From NCBI RefSeq assembly GCF_006345805.1, contig NC_042999.1, positions 111,972,001 through 112,036,000 on the forward strand: DNA of 64,000 bases. Direction: 5' to 3'. This DNA is from Octopus sinensis (lineage: Eukaryota). Below the pieces are notes generated by a model. It ran no database searches, had not been told where the DNA came from, and saw only the letters and a program-made list of their open reading frames with translations. Below, piece after piece: positions 53,725 through 64,000 of the stretch. Within the stretch, counting starts at the first letter, position 1; the number at the start of each line of letters is the position of its first letter. The translations under genes were made by a program, and so were the position numbers.

Positions 53725-54114
53725 TCGTATATATGGCAAAGAACAAAATATAATAAGGCAAGGTGGGATAATTTCACACTTAATATAACTAGCTTTGACA
53801 CTCAAGGAAGTGGAAGAGCTAACTGCTATAATGTTTTAGATATTGTCCTTCTTTGAATCTTACACAAAAAAAGTTAAATTATTCGACCATCTAATAAGCC
53901 TAAATTCCTTCAAGTGAACTTTCAAACAGACTGTATGATGCAAGATGAACAGCAATTTGTCAGAGACCTCATGACTACCAGACATCGTGCCTAATGTCAT
54001 TTAGTTTTGTGCGTAATTTCTTCTCAAATCCCTTGTTATTGATCAATCATAGGCTAGAATATAGATGTGTCCTAAAAGAAACTGAACTTTCCAAAAGCAA
54101 ATTCCTTGCTTGAC

Positions 54115-55010
54115 TTACATGTTAACCAAACTTATTCTCTTCACTAGGAACCTTCATCTTTTCATAAACTACTCTACTTTTTTGCAGTTTTAGAAAATGT
54201 CTCTGCACTGCTTCGCGGTAATGCGGTCTTTATCACGGCAATTTTTGTTATTCCATTTATCGTCTGTTTTCAATGACCTCTCAAGGTGAATTTCAACTTT
54301 GAAAACAGAAAAAATTCATGGGGGTCAAATCCGAAGAATAGGGTGACTGAGGGAAATGACATGTCTCGTACTTTATCAAAAGATTCATATACTTGAAATG
54401 ACGAGTTTGAAAGTATTAAGTTGTCATGGTTCGGTATCCAGGTTGTATTTGTTCATATCTCGGCTTTTTCTTTCACACTACCTCTTTCAAACGCCTCAAG
54501 ACATCCAGGTAAAACTGTTTATTGATCTGCTAACCACGTGCAACAAACTTTGGATGAACGACCAATCATAACCAGATTTGAGTAACTGTGACATGCTTGC
54601 TATGGTCGTAGCAGCGATGATCCAACCCATTGCGATAAATGGCTGTTTCGACATCGTCACCACACTTCCACGTTTCACCTATCAGCAGACGTAGCACATA
54701 TTTTGCAACATCAAGATTCATTTTCAATGTCTTCATCAGCACTATATTTTACGGATGTCTGCTTATTGAGAAATTTCACTGTCTGCCAGGCGTTGATTTT
54801 CCACGAATCAAAGCATGGACTTTTGCAATGTGGTTGCCGCCCGTTTTCGAGATTGTCCAGATTCGGAATCATTATTTTTGAATTTTTCTTTCCAATTTGA
54901 AACGTTGGTGCCACTCATAACATGGCTTATGGATCACTAACCAGAAACCTGTTTCAAAATTAGAAAAGTCTCCGCAAAAGACTTTTTACATAATTTTACA
55001 CAAACACACA
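54115..55010 (-). pseudogene. Decayed mariner (DD34D-type) transposase
   Basis: Minus-strand traces KSFAETFLILKQ..(V)YEWHQRFK (HTH), NKQFYLDVLRRLKE, W..NHDN and PQSPYSSDLTP (cf. HPPYSPDLAP). TIRs not identified. Confidence 0.8.
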
Positions 55011-55848
55011 CAGACATCTTACCCTTCCAAATCCTCTATGGTGAAACAACTTGCGACAAATCTCCAAGTGCAATAAACATACGTTCGTTCTAGGTCATGT
55101 AGATCGATGGCTAACTGACATAACGTTATGGGGCTATTGGTGCACAGAAGGTAAAGATCCTCACACACTCCTTACGGTTTCAAGCTCGTTACGCTAACAG
55201 GTTAATACACTGTTTTGAAAGTTTGGGTTATTTTGGAGCAGGCCTGGCATAACTTTGTTCAACTTAAATACGGTAAACATGTTCTAGACACCACGCATTT
55301 CTACGATATGTGTGTATCACTGGGACACAAATCGCCTTTCAGCATGCAAGCTAGTCTTGTGAGATGTCCGGTTTCCTTAGGTGGAATTGATATATTGCTT
55401 CGAACTGATTTTTGGCCAGTTGGCCCACATAATATTACATTAATTTTATAATATACATTAATTATAATATACATTTATTATAATATACATTAATTTTATC
55501 AAGCGCTCTCGTAGGTACTAGCTTCAGATATGGAGTTTTAATGTATTTCAAGGAATGACAAATATTTACAACTCCAAATCTTTCTAACACTGTTTTTTGC
55601 TGCGTTACTACAACTGAATGAGAATCAGTTGAATATTTGTGGGGTTTCATCTAGATATCTAGATAAATTCTAGTCTCCTTTTATTAAGTTGGGGCTGATC
55701 ACGCGGCTCGTTGGATAGAGCAGTTTATTCGCAGGAACACGATTCGTGTTTCCGTGGTACTTGTATTTATTTGGATATATTTATGCCCCGAAATGGTCTT
55801 TCGTAGTTTCCTGCTTCAGAATTGAATTAATTGCTAAATGTATTTTAA

Positions 55849-55895
<47 letters not shown>

Positions 55896-55933
55896 TTTTG
55901 TTGCGCTTCTCTCTCCCTCTGTGTCCGTATGTA

Positions 55934-56002
<69 letters not shown>

Positions 56003-56004
56003 CA

Positions 56005-56037
<33 letters not shown>

Positions 56038-56755
56038 CATATGCATACATATATGTATGTGTATATATATGTGTGTGTGTGTGTGTGTGTGCATGTGAGT
56101 GTGTGTGTATACATACATACATACATACATACAAACATACATACATATATTTCTTGATTTGTTTCTGTCTCTGGAATGTGTTTTAATCCATAATATCGCC
56201 CCTTGTGCTTATATGTAGCTATTTACTTTATCGACTATATGTCCAATGTTTCCAATGCCGATACGCAGCTAAAAAGTTTTAGATAAGTTAATATGCTAGC
56301 TTAATCTTCAAAAAATATGATGAACAGTAGATTTGTTTTTCGCTCAGAATTAATAACCGAATTGGTTTGCCTTCAGATCAATATTACGGATATTTTTTTC
56401 TATGTATGAACGGTGAACATATTTAATATTTGATACAACGTCCTCTCTTTAGAATAGGCCTTATTAGAACTTTAAAGACGGTAGATAGTAGAATCGCTTG
56501 AGATCTGCACAAAATAGTAAGCAGTATTTAGTTACGTTCTTATACTTTTTGATTTCAAATCCTGCTTGAGATTCGCTTAACTTTCTATTGCAAGCATCCG
56601 GCTTGATTTAAATGAAACAGCAGTTATTTACTATAGTCGATTTAATCAACTATCTTCCATTTTCCTTGGTTCTTTTGCACCTAAATTTAAAGAAAGGCCT
56701 TTGACTGCGTAGTTAAATTTCATTGTCATTCCCGTTGCGATATTTATTATTCACC

Positions 56756-57395
56756 AAGGCGGCGAGCTGGCAGAAACGTTAGCACGCCGGGCGAAATGCT
56801 TTGCGGTATTTCGTCCGCCGATGCGTTCTGAGTTCAAATTCCGCCGAGGTCGACTTTGTCTGTCATACTTTCGGGATCGATTAAATAAGTACCAGTTACG
56901 CACTGGGGTCGAAGTAATCAACTTAATCCGTTTGTCTGTCCTTGTTTGTCCCCTCTGTGTTTAGCTCCTTGTGGGTAGTAAAGAAATAGGTATTTCGCCT
57001 ACGAAAGACCGCAATATATCTAATATTTTAGATTTATCTACTTCGTGTAACTGGTCAAAAGACCATTTCGGGGCATAAATATATCCGTTCTGAGTTCAAA
57101 TTCCGCCGAGGTCGACTTTGCCTTTCATCCTTTCGGGGTTGATAAATTAAGTACCAGTTACACACTGGGGTCCATATAATCGACTTAATCCGTTTGTTTG
57201 TCCTTCTTTGTCCTCTCTGTGTTTAGCCCCTTATGGGTAGTAAAGAAATGGGTATTTCGTCTGCCGCTACGTTCTGAGTTCAAATTCCACCGAGGTCGAC
57301 CTTGCCTTTCATCCTTTCGGGGTCGATAAATTAAATACCAGTGAAACACTTGGATCGATGTCATCGACTAGTCCTTGTGCCTTTAGAAGAAATCG
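56756..57395 (+). mobile_element. Major-family SINE trimer (tail A, tail A, tail B); ~85 bp foreign insert in unit 2
   Basis: Three GTTCTGAGTTCAAATTCC.CCGAGGTCGAC bodies and two GTAGTAAAGAAAT(A/G)GGTATTTCG junctions. Confidence 0.9.
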
Positions 57396-57440
57396 ATAAT
57401 TATTATCCACCATAGAATAGAATTAATATTTTCTGCCTCT

Positions 57441-57653
57441 AAGGCGGCGAGTTAGCAGAATCGTTAGCATGCGTGCAACATTTTTAGCGGCATTTCGTCC
57501 TTCTTTACGTTCTGCGTTCAAATTTCGCTGAAGTCGACTTTGCCTTTCATCCTTTCAGAGTCGATAAAATAAGTAGCAGTTGAGTGCTGAGGTCAATGTA
57601 ATCGACTTATCCCCTCCCTCAAAATAGCTGGCTTTGAGCCAAAATTTGAAATC
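57441..57653 (+). mobile_element. Major-family SINE (tail B)
   Basis: AAGGCGGCGAGTTAGCAGAATCGTTAGC...CAAAATTTGAAATC. Confidence 0.88.
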
Positions 57654-58292
57654 AGTATCTTCGACCCATGCAAATACTTTTTCGGTATCTCTTGTAGGTA
57701 CAGTTTTCATATCCACTGCTAAATGTATTTGATTTTTGCTCAGTAAAGTGATATTTGATGAAATATGTAAAAAACTTTTTAAAAATCTAGGAAGTTTTCT
57801 TTTGTAAAAAAAATATCACTGGGGATGTTTCCGCTTCTAGCAGCAAAAGGCTAAAAATTAAAATTAAAATATTACCAGTCAAATACTGGCTTTATTTAAT
57901 TGACTGTTCTCCCTACTACACAAAAATGTTGGCTCTATACGAAATGTAAAGTAAAAAGTAATCCTTGTAAACGTTCTTCTAATGATTATTAGAATGTGCT
58001 TAGCAGTTTCAGAAATACAGTATTTGAGAATAACAAACATTTTCTCCTGTGAGATGAACAAGCAGGTGTTTATATATTACAGAAATAACTGTTTGTAACA
58101 TAGGCACATCCTAGAAATCTGGCGGTGCAACAGTTCGTCGGTTAAATGGATTCCAGTACTTGACTAGTACTTTATTTTATCGATCCTGGAAAAATAAAGA
58201 GCAAAGTTGATTTCGCTCGAGATTTGAATTCAGAACGTAAAGAGCCGTATAATTAGTCATTTACCCGACCCTGTAAAGTGAATTCTTTTGAA

Positions 58293-58514
58293 ATATTTCT
58301 TTCTACTATAGATAAGCACAAGGCCTGAAATTTGTGGGGAGGGGAGCTAGTCGATAACATCAATCCCTGTGCACAACTGGTACTTATTACACTGTCCCGA
58401 AAGGATGAAAGGCAATGTCAACTTCGGCAGAATTTGAACACAAAAGTAAAGACGGATGAAACACCGCTAAACATTTTGCCAAGCATGCTAACGATCCTGC
58501 CAACTCACCGCCTT
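58293..58514 (-). mobile_element. Major-family SINE (tail B)
   Basis: GCACAAGGCCTGAAATTTG...GGCAGAATTTGAAC...CTCACCGCCTT. Confidence 0.85.
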
Positions 58515-59091
58515 TATCCATTTTGAAACTTTTGAAGTAAGGATTACTGTCATCCCATCCCAAAATTATCTCGTTGATAGCTTTGAAATAGGTACTTGGT
58601 GTAGCTATTTAGTCCCAGGCAGTTTATAGGAGCAAAAACATAAAATAGGCTCAAGGTAAGCCTATTTCTTCCTTTTGCTTAACTCGAACACATTGTCTAA
58701 TCTGCTGTTTCCTTTTTACGAAGATAGCAGTGTCTTGAGGGTGAAAGAAACAGCACCCAAGCTTCTCCCTCAAATCTCCTCTAGGCATTCTCACTAACAA
58801 GCGTTCAAACACCTTTGAATTCGTAACACATAACCATATTTCTTAACTAACAGTTTCATATGAGATCCTTTAATGAAGATTTGGACACTATAAAACGATT
58901 GTTGACTCTAATTAGACGTGTTGAAAAAGTGGGGCCAAAATCTTTTAATATTCTGAGATTTCAATCTACACTAGCCCAAAGTTGGTTGGCTTTCCGTTGT
59001 TGCCAGTCTTCCTTTAAAATATTTTGCCCAGGACTGACCAGCTTTGACTGATAGATGACACACACACATATATATGTGTGTGTGTGTGTAT

Positions 59092-59500
59092 TCTTTTGTT
59101 TCAGTCATTTGATTGCGGCCATGCTGGAGCACCGCCTTTAGTCGAACAAATCGACTCCGAGACTTCTTTGTAAGCCTAGTACTTATTCTATAGGTCTATT
59201 TTTCCAGCGAGCATCGGTTGTCAAGCGATTGTGGAGGGACAAACACAGACACACAAATACATACATACATACATAAATGCATACATACATACATACATAC
59301 ATACATACATACATACATACATACATACATACATACATACATTCGAGGGGCTTCTTTCACTTTACATCTACTAAATCCCCTTACAAGACTTTGTTCGGCC
59401 CGTAGAAGGCACTTTCCCAAGATGCTACTCAGTGGGACTGAACCTAGAACCATGTGGTTGGGAAACAAGCATCTTGTCTCACGGCCACTCTCGTGCCTAT
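59092..59500 (-). mobile_element. Composite SINE: CORE-like unit + (TATG)n + TTTCAGTCATTTG module
   Basis: GGGACTGAACCTAGAACCATGTGGTTG (59434-59460) and TTTCAGTCATTTGATTGCGGCCATGCTGGAGCACCGCC (59099). Confidence 0.8.
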
Positions 59501-59659
59501 ATATCATCTTGGATAACATCGGTGATGTGAAGAGAGGAGGCTGATATGCATGGGCAACTGTTGGTCTTCCATAAATAACTTTGCCTAGACCTGTGCCTCG
59601 GAGGGTAACTTTCTAGGTGTGATTCCATGGTTATTCATGACCGAAGAGGGTCTTTACCC

Positions 59660-59692
<33 letters not shown>

Positions 59693-59899
59693 ATACACAG
59701 TTGACAATTGTGGAACACGACTGTAACTACATAAACCTGATGATCGCGTAACTCATGAAAGTACTAGTTTATTGTAAAATTTTAAAAATTGCAAATAATA
59801 AAGCGTAAAAATCAGACTAAGTTGGAATTACATTGATTAATATATTATTTTATACAATAATTACACTGAGTATTTGATCCAACGCTCGTCTCAGTGAAT

Positions 59900-60370
59900 T
59901 TTGTGCTCCTTGCAACCCTGTGATTCAACGAGATTTAGTATTCTTTGATTTTGTGTCGTTTTGTGTTATCCCTCTTTTTCACTCTTTCATCTATTGTTAC
60001 TGTTTCACCTTTGATTAAACCGCTTGGTTTAGTGTTATTCTTTGCGATTTTTTATCTAGAGTTCTTCAGTATTCCGCTATGGTTTATCTACCCTCTTTTG
60101 TCATTCCATGATACCCATCCTAGTAGCTTTTGATCCAATAGTTTGCTGTGCTCTTCCTTTATGCCTCCCATTGTCAAAAAGTGGTATTCGATATTATCCA
60201 CTTCTGTTATCTTTTGGTATAGTGCTGTACTGAGCTACGCTGTTTATTTTCTGTGCTCTTGTCATCTTTCTTGCTGTTCATTTCATATTCTTATGCGTTA
60301 CACTTTTGCCAACCCTGTGATATGGCATTCTATTTCATCCTTCTTTTACACCTTGTCATCAGGAGTTCCA
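59900..60370 (-). pseudogene. Possible very old R4/Dong C-terminal remnant
   Basis: Weak traces in the expected order (DEIE.HI.GLAK, VAQY..., K.ER.K); many stops. Confidence 0.35.
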
Positions 60371-60890
60371 TGAATTACCAATTTTAGCATGGATACATAT
60401 AATGATGTAGATAAACTTAAATAGTCGTCACGGTGGAACTGTATAATATTAACTCAGAGATTTCATACTCTTTTACAATTTTGTCAAATACATATACGCT
60501 TAGTATACAACATACAAAGCTCATATATTATCTCCACACGCATATACCTGCGCTCACCAACACACATACACACACACACACACACCACGTATACACACAT
60601 ACTCATAAACACACGTGTACAAAGGATTATATTTTTAAAAAAAAGTAAAATTGAACAGAAGTTGTTTTAGAGATAAATTTATTAAAAAGGTTTGCTTTTT
60701 GTTTTATTTTTTTCTTTGTTTTGTTTCGCTCCTTTTGCTTGATTTTGGTTAAAAATGTGATTTAAACGCCAATCTACTCTTTAAACACTTAACTAAACTT
60801 GTGCATACATGCACATGTATATACATATAGATAAATGAGTATATACACACACACACACACACACAACATATATATATATATATATATATT

Positions 60891-60946
<56 letters not shown>

Positions 60947-60979
60947 AATATATGCATATAAATATATATGTGTATGTAC

Positions 60980-61065
<86 letters not shown>

Positions 61066-61768
61066 GCACGCAAACACACACTCATAATAATCTTTAGTAG
61101 CATTGAAATGTGATATAAAACAATGTATTTTATCTTGAAACGTAGAAATTGTCAGATGCATTTCTTTCAAGTGGTAAACACAAGGAAGCGTCAGGAAATG
61201 GGTGTGAGATGCAGTTCTGGAAGCATCTATCGACAGATAAGGTGTTAAATTTTGAGTGCATCCATCTTCTTTATGATAAAGAGTAGAATTTGACAATTAA
61301 CTTAAATCAAAAAACAAAAAATATTTCACCTTCGTAAAGGTAACTGTGCGTGCGCACGCACACACACACACATCTAGACACATGAATGTGTGTGTGTGTG
61401 TGTGTGTGTGTGTATTAATGCGACTTTATTGGTGTGAATCTGTGTGACTTTGCATATAAGTGTGTATATGTGATATTATAACTTCGCACAATTTGTTTTA
61501 AATATACTTAACTAAGAGAAGGTTAATTCCAACTTTGTTAAAATTAAATACAAAATAAGTTAAATGTAACGATAGCAATTATAACTTCACATTTAATATC
61601 GTATTCTCCTAATCCATGTGTGTATGCATGTATCTATGCACGTGTGTATACATATATGTATATATTTATGTGTGTACACATATATACACTAATATTTACA
61701 TATGTACACATGCACACGCATTTACATACATATGCACACACATACACATATATATATACATATGAAGT

Positions 61769-62902
<1,134 letters not shown>

Positions 62903-62909
62903 AGATAGT

Positions 62910-63006
<97 letters not shown>

Positions 63007-64000
63007 TGATAGATATACAAGGTATTAAAGAGATCATTAGCAACACAGGCTTAGCAAGCCAAAAAGCCCTTTGAAAGTCACGTTACATAGAAATAAGTTA
63101 CCGACTGGATTGCGTATATATTATTTCTATGTAAATGAACTATATTTTTAATGCCTTCCCTTTTTAACGAATTAATTGCATTGAACTTGATATTTCTCGT
63201 TTCTATTAAGCATTCTCTCCACTTCATTTCCACATTTTGCAAGATAGAATAATTCTTGATGCCAGTGCGAAGTATTTATTAAAAGAAAAGTGTATAACTG
63301 CTTCCTTTTGCATATTCTTTATTACGTGCCTCTCCTAGTTCGGACGATCATATTATCATCTTTTTTCCTTTCTTTTTTTTTCTTTTTGGAAGCCGGTGGT
63401 AACAGTATATTGGATATTTCTGGGAAGTAAGGGTACCTTTTTGTTTTTGTATTTTTCGTTTTGTTTTGTTGTTTTTTTTTTCTTTTTTGCACCGTACCGA
63501 CTCTTTGTATTGTCTGTAATTAACCTTACTGGTGTAGCCATCGTAATACGTTGATGTTTATTTGTTGTCCGGGGACTAGGTATTGATAGTAAACACTTTA
63601 TTTCCAAGTGACGTGGTTTTGTCTTAAAGTATCTCTCCCCTTTAGCTATGCTACACTTACACGACACAGTTAATATTCCTTTTGAAAAGCAGACGATTTC
63701 TGCGCGTTTACAGCTCCAACAAAAACATGGACGGGGATCGAACAGTTCAAGCGGCGAGTTTCATTCAGGACCGGCAATGGTGACACAGTATGATTATGCT
63801 ACCAAGATTTCAAGTAGTTTCACTCCATAAGTATTTGTTGAATTAACAATTTAGCGAAGATGCATATCATCAACCAAAAATGAATCTTGGAACTTTCAAT
63901 CCACTAGGAGACTTTCTCTGGGGGGGGGGGGGGTATGTGTGTGTGCTGTACTCTTCCGTGATGGTAAGATCAAGATGGAAAGTACTCCATCGAGTGACAG

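Overview
Repeat-saturated, AT-rich animal genomic DNA. The SINE families, very high microsatellite load and divergent 5.8S rRNA are most consistent with an octopus; this assignment comes from recognition, not a database search. I found no host protein-coding gene I can support. Most ORFs in the track are translated microsatellites or antisense frames of retroelements. Contents: (1) an orphan rDNA fragment (ITS1-like + 5.8S, minus strand, ~2.6-3.3 kb); (2) a 5'-truncated RTE LINE; (3) many Penelope-like element (PLE) fragments beside (TA)n, including a GIY-YIG remnant and several minimal type-I hammerhead ribozyme motifs, one canonical and one family with a compensatory G3:C8 core; (4) an ~11.5 kb nest of co-oriented R4/Dong-clade retrotransposons in (TAA)n, whose internal duplication history can be read from shared variants; (5) a ~540 bp non-coding element found twice inside (TAA)n; (6) a Tx1/L1-type 3' fragment inside (TATC)n whose last ~47 nt match one of the two tails of the most abundant tRNA-derived SINE; (7) many tRNA-derived SINEs, some as concatemers; (8) a non-autonomous Helitron, a decayed mariner and a 1.6 kb long-inverted-repeat structure; (9) a 100-N gap whose flanks are a duplicated contig overlap, an assembly artefact. 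All alignments and folds were done by eye, so boundaries of decayed elements are approximate.
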